Part shown: one piece after another, positions 35,712 to 47,169 of the stretch
Position numbering within the stretch: the stretch's first letter is position 1
How the letters are laid out: each line of letters starts with the position of its first letter
NCBI GenBank assembly: GCA_001179505.1
Contig: CDMY01000973.1
Coordinates: 62,001 to 126,000, forward strand
DNA: 64,000 nt
Direction of reading: 5' to 3'
DNA from: Vitrella brassicaformis CCMP3155
Lineage: Eukaryota > Protista > Chromerida
Notes under the pieces: model-generated
What the model was told of the DNA's origin: nothing
Seen by the model: only the letters and a program-made list of their open reading frames with translations
Database searches by the model: none
Made by a program: the position numbers and the translations under genes

Positions 35712-38700
35712 ATGTCGTGTGACCTGATAGAGCGTCCGCCGTACTGGTACTGGCACTTCTGCCAGACCAAGCAGGCCCTCCGGTTCATCGGTGCACGGAT
35801 CGACTTGCTCTTCTTCGCCGGCTCAGGCCGCGAGAACCGCCAACGAACACGCATCGCTGGCGAAAAGCACCGGCATCTCCTACAGATCGGTGCGCACTCA
35901 TTCATTGGGGCACACAACAACAGCAACAGCACCACCACCACTCCGTTTCTCCTCGCGCTGTCTGTCTGTCTGTCTATCTGTCTGGCTGGCTGGGGTGCAG
36001 ATGTTCACGACGCAGAAGCTCATCGACCGCTACCGTGAGCTGGTCAACGCCGGCGACATCGCGCCGCCCTACGGGTGGGTGCAGGATCCCTCCACCCTCC
36101 CACAGCAGCAGCAGCCGGCCATCACCGAGGCATCCGCTGACCTAGAGGACGTCACATCGCGACCCGACAGGGACGCTGACGCCACACCCACCACCCGCAC
36201 CCATCACACGTCGCTCCCCGTGGCACCCCGCCCGGCAGCCGATCATCAGACTGGGAATGGTGGGGGCGAGGGGGGCGGGCGGTGGCCTTGGGAGCAACAC
36301 CAGGGGCCCTTCGGACGTAACGACCAACTACGAGTGGAACAGCCGCGTGACTGGCCGCAGTGAGTCGGACTACGTGTATGCCCCCGACACACAATTCCAC
36401 GGCGATGTGCTCGTCTTAGAGGAGCGCAGCTCCCAGCGGTGCCGCGACGTCGACCAGCTCAGCAACCGCAGCGAGCACGCCGAGCGCCAGGTCGCCGAGC
36501 GCATCGATCACCACGCCATCGAGGGGTGGAGGAGGCGACTTGATGACGCTCAAGCAGGAGCAGGAGCATCCCCTGCCTAGGGGCACACTCAGTGGTCTTT
36601 CGGGTCGGGGAGGGGACCCCTGCCATCGGTGGCTGGACGCCAGCACTGCCCGACGCACACTCGACACCCTCGCTCCTCAACGGCGTCCCCGACTCGGCCG
36701 CAAACACGACCATGGCCCCTGGCGGCCCCATCCACCAGCGCACACCTGCCACCCGCTGCAGGCGACACCACCACCACCACCAATGGGACAACAACGAGTG
36801 TGGGCCATATGGCGAACCCGCCCAGAGCAGGGCTGGGCGACAAGAGGGACGCTGACGCCAATGCGGCTGACGTCAAGGGCGATGTTAGTGTTGGCGGCAA
36901 GGCGCCAGAAGAGCCCTCAACCGTCTCATCGGCCGGCACCAACGACAGGAGCGCCAGCGCGTCGTCCGTCACGTCCACAAGCGCCCACGCGATGGACTCT
37001 GACGGGGGCGAGGCCAAGCACGACGAGGGGCTCTGACTCGCACATCGATATGCACCCCTCATCATCATCAGCAGCAGCAGCAGCAGCAGATGCGTCGATG
37101 CGTCCGATGGAGACCGAGGACTCCTCACCAGACGACCAACAAGGAAAGGATGCCAGGATGGACCGCCCGCCCACCCACATACATACCCTCACCCACAGCC
37201 AGGCAAGCGCGACGAGACCATGGCCGACAAGAGCAGCCGGACGGAGGCTACCGAGGAGAGCGAGGCCAACCGAGGTGGTGGAGAAGCTGACCCGCAGTGA
37301 GGTGCGGCGTCGCGTGACGTTTTCGTACGACGTGTTCTCACGGAGGACGACGTGCGGCTTGACCCTCACAGGAGTTGATGGAGCGGCCCCTCAACACACG
37401 ATCTGTCACCAATTATCAGACTGTTCGACCCCATGCAGGTACGCATTGGGTGCATGGGTGCACCGACCGACCACACGGACAGAGACCACACCACCGTGTG
37501 TTGTGCCACTGTGCGTTTGCATCAGTTGTTGGGCGTCAGTTGTTGGCCTGGCGTCCCCGTACGGCCTCTCGTCCGGTGGTCCAGCCCCCAGGCGCAGCTC
37601 TCCTTCACGAGCCTCGCGAGCGGCGGAGACCTCTCTCTCTCACTCTCACTCTCGCCTTCACAACAAGACGCATCAGGTGCAAATGACAACCACGGACGGA
37701 ACGGGGCTCAGCGCAGCTGCCAATGGGTCCCAGCAGCAGCAGCAACAGCAGCAGCTGCCAATGGGTGCGGGTGGTGGTGGGGGTGGTGGTGGTGGTGGTG
37801 TGGGTGATCGGTCGTCTGACAGCCTCCTGGACAATGCCGGGGAGCGGGGCAGTGTCGACGAGGGTAATCTGCTGCTGGCTGCCAGTGGGTGATGGTCTTC
37901 GGGGGCTACCTTAAGAGGGTACGTGACGGAGCACTGGACGCACCCAGGCAATGCCCACCGGTGGGCTCACGTGTGTCTCGTGTGTGTGTGCCTTGGCAGG
38001 TGGGCCATGTCAGTCGTCCGAGCCAAGCCACGATGGGCGGGGGAAGGCCGTTTCGGCCGTATCCCGTCCATCACGGATGGCTCAGGCGATGTGTGTGGTG
38101 TGGGATGGAGGCGGAGTCGATTTGACGATCGTCTCGCCCACACACACACACATGCCCTCCCTCTGGTTGCCGACCAGCACTGTACCTCACTCTATGGCCA
38201 AGCCGTAAGCAACCACCAAAGCCCCATCCCCCCACAGCCACGTGTGTGTCTCGTCTCATGGCTTTCTGTCCATCTCTGTGTTTTGTTCGTCAGGTGCACG
38301 TTGTTTGTTTTTGTCTGACGCATTGGCCTCTGGTTGGGGCGGGTGCGTTCGCCGCGGAGCGGCCCGACACTGACATCGGCATCTCGGCATCGGGAGGAAT
38401 GTGAGCGACCCATAGGGAACTACCGCAGCAGCATCCAGTCCACACCCGAACCAGACGGATCATCCACCCAAACCGAGGCCGACCGACAGACACGCGCTGG
38501 CCTTCGTGCGGGCGCCGCCATCTCGGCCCCCACCGCCCCGCGTGTGGAGCTCGAGGACGCCACCCCTCCCGTCCATATCATCTCCGGTGTGACCCGTCGC
38601 AGCCGTACCACCGAGTCACCGCAGTATGGCCGCTACCCCCTTCCTGCCGCCCGTTCGTTTGTGTCGCTGGACGAGCAGGGCGAGCTGGAGCCGTCGGGTG

Positions 38701-38930
38701 AGCGCCGTTTGTGGCGCGCCGGCCGGTCATCTGGCCCGGTGGTGGTGACCATGGAGGCAGAGGAGGGCGACCAGGGCAACGGCGCAAAACTCGTGTGGGA
38801 GGAGAAAGGTACGAGACCTACACACACGTACATATGGCATGGCGGAGGTCATATCATCTCGTGTCATGTTCTCGTGGCTGTCACGTGTGTGTGTGTGCAG
38901 GTCTCGAGAGGCAGGCGGCTGCGTGGATAA
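35712..38930 (+). CDS. One or more orphan, possibly degenerate, low-complexity genes
   Basis: Exon-like segments (CDLIERPPYWYWHFCQTKQALRFIG; MFTTQKLIDRYRELV; long ORF 36540-37892; RYPLPAARSF..) separated by microsatellite introns; frames do not join cleanly. Confidence 0.3.
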
Positions 38931-39779
38931 ATGGGTGGTTGCAGGGGCCTTGGTGTGTATGGGTGCCTTATATATGCTCTCTCTGCTCTCCTTCCAACTG
39001 ACCTTTCTGTGTGAGATGGGTGTGGTGTGTGAGATGCGTGGAAAGGCGTGAGCGTAACGCCATGGCTGTGTGCATCCGTGTCGACTTACTACTACTGACT
39101 GACTGCGTATTTTTATTGTATTTTTGGTCCACGGTACGGTTCATTCGACTTACTCACTCCACTTTCCATGTCTTGTATATGGATGTGTAGGTTTACCTTA
39201 CTGCACTCACACACTCACTGCTCCTCTCTGCTTTGGCGGCTTTGGGTGCGGCCCGCTCCACACCACACCCGACCGCCAAGACACACATGCGCACCACGAG
39301 CACACTAAGGTCGATCCGGTGCATCCGCGGTGACTTACTACTGACTTGACGCCACATTTGTGGTCCACCATTCATCTACAGGCTTCCTTCTGTCATCCAG
39401 CGGTTTTGCTGAGCGGCCCGTGACACGCCCACCCACCCACTCAGGCACACACATACGCACCAGGAGCACACACTGCCTCTTCTGATTTGGAGTCGACCCC
39501 TTCTCCTACTGCGACACGATGCACAGCCTTCTCCTGCTGCGCAGGAGCACTGCTCTTTCCCCCGCTGTTTTTCGTCGCTGGCCGCCTTTTCCAGCCTCCG
39601 CCGGACACCGCCACTGCGCTTTCGGCCCATCCATCCCATCGACAACTCCTTGTACCGCCGCACACCTCATCTACATGTGTGAATGTACCTGCCTGCACTG
39701 GCCAGCTGGCCTAGTCAGAAACCCTCACATACGTATCCATGTGTCTATCGGGCAGAGAGAGCATCTCACTCACAACCAG

Positions 39780-39826
39780 CCACCTCCACACACAGACACA
39801 CACACACACATACACACACCACACAC

Positions 39827-39857
<31 letters not shown>

Positions 39858-40160
39858 TATGGTGTGTCCATCGGTGCGTATACATGTGTGTGTGTGTGCG
39901 TGCGTGCATCGTGCACTGATGTGTGGCACTTGCTTACACATACAATACACATACACATACACATTCACATACACTTACTTGCACCATCCACCCCCCACAC
40001 ACACCTCACCCCCTCTCTGTGTCTCCTATGCGTGCGTCTGTGCCGTGTGTGAACGTAAGGTCAGTGGACAGCTGCTTGTGAGTGTGTGTGTGTGTGTTTC
40101 TTTTCCGTGGGTTTGTTGCCGCCTCTGTGTGTTTCTTTTCCGTGTGTGTGTGTGTGTGTG
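39780..40160. repeat. Dense alternating (CA)n/(TG)n microsatellite block
   Basis: CA runs at 39790-39856 and 39950-40005 alternate with TG runs at 39886-39900, 40080-40097 and 40142-40161. Confidence 0.8.
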
Positions 40161-40839
40161 TTCCGCCTCTGTGCCGTGCCGCTTGGCACATAGCGGTTTC
40201 ATCGGCGTTGATTGAAAACATGCGGTTGTAATATTGAATGATTTAGATCAGTGAGTGATAAGTGCCTCCATAGCTCATGTCGCGGAAGATCTGGCCGGCG
40301 AGGGTCGCCGCCGCCGTTTCCAGTGACAACAGAAGAGCAATTTGTTCGATGAAAACATCGAACGGTGTTTGGATGCGCCTGTGGTACTCGAGCGACGCAC
40401 CTCCAAGATCTGATCTACCAACACCAGCCTGCAACAGCAAAGGCACAAGCATTATCTCCGGTCCATCCATCACGTAATCCATCCTTGTCTGTCGCCCGTC
40501 CACTTCCATCGCCAAGTCTGCCTTCCGCGCCCAGTGCTACCCTCGGGCGCCAGATCTTAGTAGATCATATCAGAGAGAGATCGTCAAATCGGATTTAAAT
40601 GGGGAGAATGGCGAGAATCCGAGACGCGGGAGACGGGGGCCTTTCCCGCCTAAAATCGCATCAAGGCCGGCATTCTCAGCTCCCTGAACCCGCCCGTGCT
40701 GCAGCGACGGGCGGTCGCACAGCAACGCAGCAACAGCAGCAACAGCAGAGTACCACCCGTCGGCGTCAAGAGGAGCGCAGCAGTCCCCTGGCTTCCCACG
40801 CCATACATTTAATTTAGTGCATCAGCGAGCAGCACCACG

Positions 40840-41360
40840 ATGGCCACCCACCCCATCCTCACCACACACGACGGCCAACAGGTGGAGCTGTCCCACCGGC
40901 TCGGCGAGGGCTCCCGTGCCATCGTCAGGGCAGGCCTGGTGAATGGGGAATGGCGGGCCTTCAAGATTGCGGTTTTCGACAACGACAGCCCTATATGGCG
41001 GGACTGCCCTGAGGGAGATGGAGGTCGAGAGGCAGCGCATGGCCATGGTGCAGGCCAAGAGGGAGAGGGAGGGGAAGGAGCTGAAGCCGTTTCTGCGGCT
41101 ATACGGATGCGCCACCAGCCTCCAAGACGGCGCCATGTATCGCGAGTCGGCTGACACAGCCCTGAAGCCCTGCCTGTACATAGAGATGCAGCCACTCAAC
41201 GGTGAGCATCAAAAGGAGGGGGGCTGCACTCCATCAGTGTACTCATTCACGGCGTCTTTCTTTGTCTTGTCTTGACGCTGTCAGACCCCACGCAGCCACC
41301 CGACTACGTCAGCCTGAGGGAGTTGATTTGGGATATGCACTATGCCGGTGTTGCTTATGA
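40840..41360 (+). pseudogene. Truncated, frameshifted paralog K3 of kinase K1
   Basis: MATHPILTT..HRLGEGSRAIVRAGLVNGEWRAFKIA is nearly identical to K1; an extra base near 41005 (TGGCGGGACTGCCCTG vs TGGCGCGTCGCCCTG) shifts the frame; same intron position (41202-41284); breaks off after YVSLRELIWDM. Confidence 0.85.
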
Positions 41361-41419
41361 CTAAGCTGCGGATGGACTTTGCCTCTGTTCTCTGTCCTGT
41401 TTGGGTATTGGGCAAACAC

Positions 41420-43815
41420 GCACGTGACGTTCTCTATGAAAGAGGCCCTCGAGATCTGCAAGGGAGTGGTACACATACATGCAGGCTGACAAACAACACT
41501 CCACCAACCACTCCTGTGTGTCCTTGCAGCAGTTTCACCTGGCGGGCCTTGGCGGGCTTTCTTCACCTGGATCTTAACCGAAACAACATATTGTTTCCTG
41601 AGAAGGCCCCGTTCCAGGTGATGCTCGTAGACCTGACGCGCACAAGGGCGATGACGAATGACCCTAGGCAGACGCAGCCCTGAATACTTCTAAAGGTAGG
41701 TGAAGAGACACACGGCTCACCGGTGAAATCCACTTGGTTGGTTCAGGGATCGCTGCCTGCATTCTATATTGGACGGATTCTTACTTGTCGACTACTGCAC
41801 CAAGACGACCACCTCATTCGCGCCTTCACCAAGGGCTCTTCTTATTATGACGGACACTCGACACATGTCCCTTTTGTCTGGTCCTTTCAGCTCAGTGAGA
41901 CAAATCTGGCCGCATCGTTACCGGCCTTCGCCGCGAAGGTGCGTAAAAAGATAGAATAAGGAGGATAATGCATCAATTTGTTCATGTCTCCCATGTGTTT
42001 CCTCTGTTCCTCTACGCATACTCGGCCGCATCGACGGCCGTCTAGTGGTCGACCAACTGCAGACGCGCCACACCCTTACAGGGGAGAGAGACAGAGAAAG
42101 AGGGAGGGAGCCGGCTATGCACACTGTGTGTAGTGTGTGTGGTTAGGCCAGCTACACTGGACGACAAGACGACGCACTCCGCCGCACTGAGGGGCGGCTG
42201 GAAGCCGAGCACAAGAAAGTCACCCGCCGCTGCCCACAGCTGGAGGCCCAGTTGGCCGTGGCCAGGCAAGAGGCCTCTGTGCTGCGGTGAGTGACTGACT
42301 GACGCAGGCAGACAGGCAGGCCGCCGGCCCGAGGGAAGGAGGGAGGGCCCAACCGATACACACAAGGGGACAGACAGACAAACAGACAGACAGACAGCGG
42401 GTACATATGTCCCTCACTCATGTCACGTTTCTTTTCCTCCTCCTTCCTGTCTGTCGATGAGTGGGTGCAGGGCTGACAGGGAGGTGCTCGAGAAGCGTGT
42501 GGCGGACGCGACACAGCAGCGGGACGACGCCCGGGGCCGCCTGAGGACCTTTGAGTCCGTCTACTGCGTCGACCTGGGCCGATTCAAGAAGATCGACACA
42601 GACGGTCTGCGGCAGCAGCTGGAGGGCGTCATCAAGGAGCGAGACCAAGTACAGGTGCGCTGCGCCACACACTCACTGACTGACTCACAGAGGGAGAGGG
42701 AGAGGGAGGGGTTGCTGTGTGTGTTGTGTGTGGTCAGACGAGTTACTTGGCCGCCGAGAGTGCCCGTCGCGACCTGGCAGCTGCGCGGCAGCAGCTCGAG
42801 CAGCAACACGCCAAGACGACGGAGCGCCTCAAGGGCGCCATCTCGCGTATCAACGAGGTGAGTCAGTCACGTCACAGACCCTCTGCCTCCCTCCCTCCCT
42901 CCCTCCATCCATCCCATCTCTGTCTGTCGTCTCTGTCTGTCTGTGTGTGTCCTGCCTGTATGTTATTCATTCATGTGTTCAGCTGCAGAGCAGTGAGTTG
43001 CCGAGTCAGAGGGACGGTCAGCTACTCGAGAGCCGGAACACCATTTTGGTGAGCGAACCGAACCCAGTTAACCCAAACCACCCCACCCCACCAAAAGGAG
43101 CCTTTGGTTCATTGGCTGTTTGGTGGTGTGTGTGTCTCTCAGCGGCTAGAGCAGGAAGCCGCACAGTTAAAGGCAAACGCCATCATAGCAAAGTGATTCT
43201 GACAGTGAGTGGGCCACACCAGGTGTCTGTCATCGATGGATGGATGGATGGATGACATACGACACGACACACGGTGATGGATGGCGTTGTCGTTCCTGTC
43301 CTTTTCCTGCCGTCAGACCCCGCCGTGCGGCCTCTGAGACCGCCGCCCGTTCCCCTTCGCTCTCGCCCGTCGCCATGGGCCCCCTCGCCCCACAGGAGCC
43401 ACCACTCAGCACACACGACGCCGCCCGCGACATGATGCTCCGTGGCGCCCCTCCTGCAGTGCCACCCCTCCCGTTGCCCTCACTGCTCACCCTCAACACC
43501 GACACACTCGGCAGCGACCGTCTGAGGCCGCCCCCGGCCGCCTGCGGGCGGAACAAGAGAGCGCGACCTAACGAAGAAGAGGGCAAGCAGGGCGAGGGAG
43601 GCGGGGTGGCCGATGCTGCTCATGCGTCGAATGGGGTGGAGCATGTCTCACCCACTCGAACAAGGAGGAAGAATGCCTTCGCGGGAGGAGATGCCATAGT
43701 CCCGTCTGTGCCGTCCGAGCCCTCGCCACACCCACACGTCGAGGAGCGACTGGCTGGAAGGCCGTCAAGGTCGGGGACAGCACTTCGGCGAGGAGCCGGC
43801 CGCGCAGATGGGTGA
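41420..43815 (+). pseudogene. H-type kinase catalytic fragment joined to a duplicate of module C (coiled-coil exons) and a Pro-rich terminal exon
   Basis: LAGFLHLDLNRNNILF..VMLVDLTR; then sequence duplicated from about 20755-21230; coiled-coil exons EVLEKRVADATQQRDDARGRL and RRDLAAARQQLEQQHAK; final exon ends AGRADG*. Confidence 0.55.
41680..42150 (+). repeat. Segmental duplicate of about 20755-21230, exons and introns included
   Basis: Long near-identical runs, e.g. CTGAATACTTCT.AAG..CACGGCTCACCGGTGAAATCCACTTGG.. and GGAGGATAATGCATCAATTTGTTCATGTCTCCCATGTGTTTCCTCTGTTCCTCTACGCATACTCGGCCGC in both copies. Confidence 0.9.
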
Positions 43816-44228
43816 CGAGGGGATGGAGAGGGGCGAGGGGGGGGGAAGGACCGATCGGTAGCCTGGCGGATTCGGGTGTTGGCGAGGGCGGCCGTGGCGG
43901 CATGGACAGGGGTGAGAACGTCCCTGCACCCCCCTCTGGCGAGGGGACTGAGTGTGTGTGTGTCGGGTTTGTGTGCCTCCAACGTGGAGGCACAGCCATC
44001 ACTGTCTACATTTTATATTGTGCTGTTCGTTGCACGTTTGATCGAAACTCGTGTTGACTGACAGGCCTTGGATTTGTACACGCGTCGCCTGACTCCCCAC
44101 CGGTCAATCGACACTACCCAACGAGCCATCGGCGTGGCCTGGTCATCCATCGATAATCCATCGGGGGGGTGCGTGGCTGTCGAGTATCTGCACACACACA
44201 CACACTCATACACACGGAGGGCGTGGCG

Positions 44229-44546
44229 ATGACCGTCCATAGTCGCCAGCTCGACCACCAGGATGTGGTGTCCGCGGCCGCGGCCTTTATCGCCGAGCGA
44301 CAGGCGATGGAGGCTGCGTGGGTGAGACAGATCGGGTCGCAGACGCCCGGTGAGCAGAGATGCAGAGACATAATATTCGAATGTGTCTCGATTGCAATGG
44401 TTGCCTTAATATGCAGACTGTATCAGGTCACAAGAGCGCCAGAGGGTCGAGGACCTGCTCCAGATGGTCGACTGGCTGCCGTTCGGCCACCTGGACAGCG
44501 ATGTGTACGACGGCATTAGAGACCGCATTGATCGCATCATAGAGCT
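44229..44546 (+). CDS. Small hypothetical helical protein; 2 exons seen, 3' end unresolved
   Basis: MTVHSRQLDHQDVVSAAAAFIAERQAMEAAWVRQIGSQTP / intron / SQERQRVEDLLQMVDWLPFGHLDSDVYDGIRDRIDRIIE / GTAAGT donor. Confidence 0.4.
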
Positions 44547-47169
44547 GTAAGTCAGGGGCAGATACATATCAAAGACACATCCATCAATCTCTTGTCGTTT
44601 GCCTAGTTCAGTATCGATGGCTGCGAGGACCAGAGCGACTCGCATACAGTGAATGGATGCGATGTGTGCATGAACGTGTATGCATATTGCATTGGGCGGC
44701 TCCAACTCGTCCCGTAACACACCTGACTCCTGAGTTGGAGTGATTGATACATCGCTGCTTGCATTTTATATTCGTGGTGCTTTTCCCGAATGAGTGAGCC
44801 GAGACACCTAGTGAGCAGGGCAGTAGCTGTCATGGCGTGTGTCCATCGAGCTGTCCATGTGTGCACACCAGTGACTCTATCTGTGAGACTCCTACGTGTG
44901 TTTGTTTGCTCGGAGCCCTACGTCAAGGCATCGATCGCTTAAACCAAGGACATGCAAACCTGCAAAATCTCTCAGAGCGTCACTTCGTCGATCAAGCACC
45001 ACGTGCACAGACAGGCCAACAGGCAGCCACTCATCGTCACTCACATACACACGCACACCAGCAAGCAACATGGAGAAAAGGGGATAGGATACAGAGAAGA
45101 ATGGGTGCCTTTCTCCATGAAAGCGGCTCTTAAACAACACTGTGTGTGACCTCTCTGACGAATCTGCGCTGTACAGACGAATCAGAAGAAGGCTCACGTA
45201 CACACGCCGACCAAACAAATGGGCGGGTCTCTCGCCGGCGAGAGACAAGTTGGCTCGCGATGTCATCAACGGCCTGACACACACAGCAGCACACACATGT
45301 TCATGACACATAATGATGGATTGGCGTACGGCATCCTCTCGCGTGCAGTTGCATACCCATTCCAATCAGAGTGAAGAGGACCTCTGCCGCCACCGCCGAC
45401 ACCACCGGATAGTGAACGCTCTTCGTACGCCCTGACGGATGGACGAATCGGTGCGCTTGCTGCCGTCGCCATCGTCAGCAGCAGCACATGCAACTATCCC
45501 GCCATGACTCAGCCGACTGAAGGCAGACACCCCTGACACACACACGGCAAATGACAGATCGACCTGACGGCGGTCTCTGCGGCTGCCTTCTGGCTCCCGC
45601 CCCTCCCCCATCCACACACATTCGTGCGTACCCATTCCAGCAGATGCATGGCCGCCCTTGTGCGATGCGCTGGCACACCTCCCTCACGCCAGATCCCGCC
45701 ACGCCGAGCTGCTCAGTGCACGAACCCGCCACGCCTCGTCAGATTCGACTCGATGGATGGTCGGTCTCACGTGTGGAAGAGATGGGCGGCCGGTCATCAC
45801 AATAGCAGCACTGTAGCGCATCGACAGACACGCAGACCATCGAACACACACATGCACACCCCACACGATCCGCAACGTCCGGACATCGACGTACACGTGT
45901 GTGGTACTTGCCAACACGGGGAAGAGGACGGAGGGAGGCCGATCGCGACGGCGCACACGTATACGTCTGATCGTACAATACACACACGCCTGCAGAGAGC
46001 AGTTCAACGCACACAGAGAGAACCGAGATGAGCACAGACGCTGTGAACGAGTGAGTGAATTCGTACACGTGTACAGTACACAGACACGCAGACGAGCGCA
46101 TCGCAGGCCAGTCGCATGCCCAACACGATGCAGTACACATACAGATACATCACTCACGTGTGCGCACCTCGTTTGTTCTCCTCGCCTTCGGTGACGAACG
46201 TGACGCACCCCTCGACGCGTAGACGAACCCTGTACACACACAACGAAGCAAAACACAGTGAAATCGTCTCGTGACGGATCTTGCGCATTGTTTACCGCTG
46301 ACCATTGTTTCCCCGGATCGGCGTTGGGTTGCTTCCATGTTTTTGACCATTGTGTCACTCTGACACCATCCTGTACACATCACCCAACACAATCACACCA
46401 CTCACAAGCACAATCAGACACTGCTTGGCCATGCTTTGCCGCCCTCTCACCTGTGTCTGTCTGCCACCCTCTCCGCCGCCATGTGAAGCAACAGCCGCCC
46501 CTCCCCTTCGCCGCCCGTCACTCTGCTTGGCCCAGCGATGCGTTTCGGCTCGTGAGCGTTGTTCCATCGGCCTGATACACACAGACAAAGCAGTGCAAGT
46601 GACGAGAAGGCTCTCGGGCGTGGAGATACACATCATACACATACAAACACACACCGTGAGAGCTCTTTGAGTGTCTGCCCGTCACGTTGCCCACCCTCCC
46701 GTACAGTGAAAGAGTGATTGAGTACCTTTGCAATGCAATGGCTCTCAGGAGCTTGCTGACGCCTCTGGCTTCACCCTCTGACAGCCTCCTCGTGCCGTGT
46801 TGGTAGTTGACAGTCACATTGCGAGTCTCGGCTGGCTTGAGCGGCCGATGTCAGCCGGTCGTCTGCTCGTCACTGTCGACTCATCCAATGCATCGCCGCC
46901 CCTCTGCACACGAGAGAGCCTATCAAACAGCGATGAACCAGCCTCACTCGTGCTGTGTTTGTTTGTTTGTTTGTTTGTTGGCCTCAGGTGATGGTCTCGA
47001 GACCAGCGCGTGACGATCTTGGCCGCGGCGCGCGTTGGATGCATCTGCAGCGAGTTGGATGCATCGTGTGCTGTGTCGTGTTCAGCATCTCAGTGTCTGA
47101 GCGACAGCCTCGTGATAAACAACATCTGCCAAGCCCCGCCCAGCCCCACCAACAACAAGGACGGCCGCG

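Noticed and set aside
34660-37440. Weak peptide resemblance SIVRQLSDKSTH (~34770) versus TICHQLSDCSTP (~37400)
   Set aside because: Too short to distinguish from chance without an alignment statistic.
39780-40160. Alternating CA and TG tracts as a structured hairpin RNA or MITE
   Set aside because: Complementarity comes only from dinucleotide microsatellites that fill nearly every intron and spacer in this window.
40243-40515. Intronless 90-aa minus-strand ORF in a lower-GC patch, possibly an element remnant
   Set aside because: No recognisable motif or terminal repeats; too short to support.
44600-47100. Numerous 60-220 aa ORFs on both strands
   Set aside because: They are dominated by microsatellite-derived His/Thr or Cys/Val runs with no coherent splice chain; treated as non-coding or decayed.
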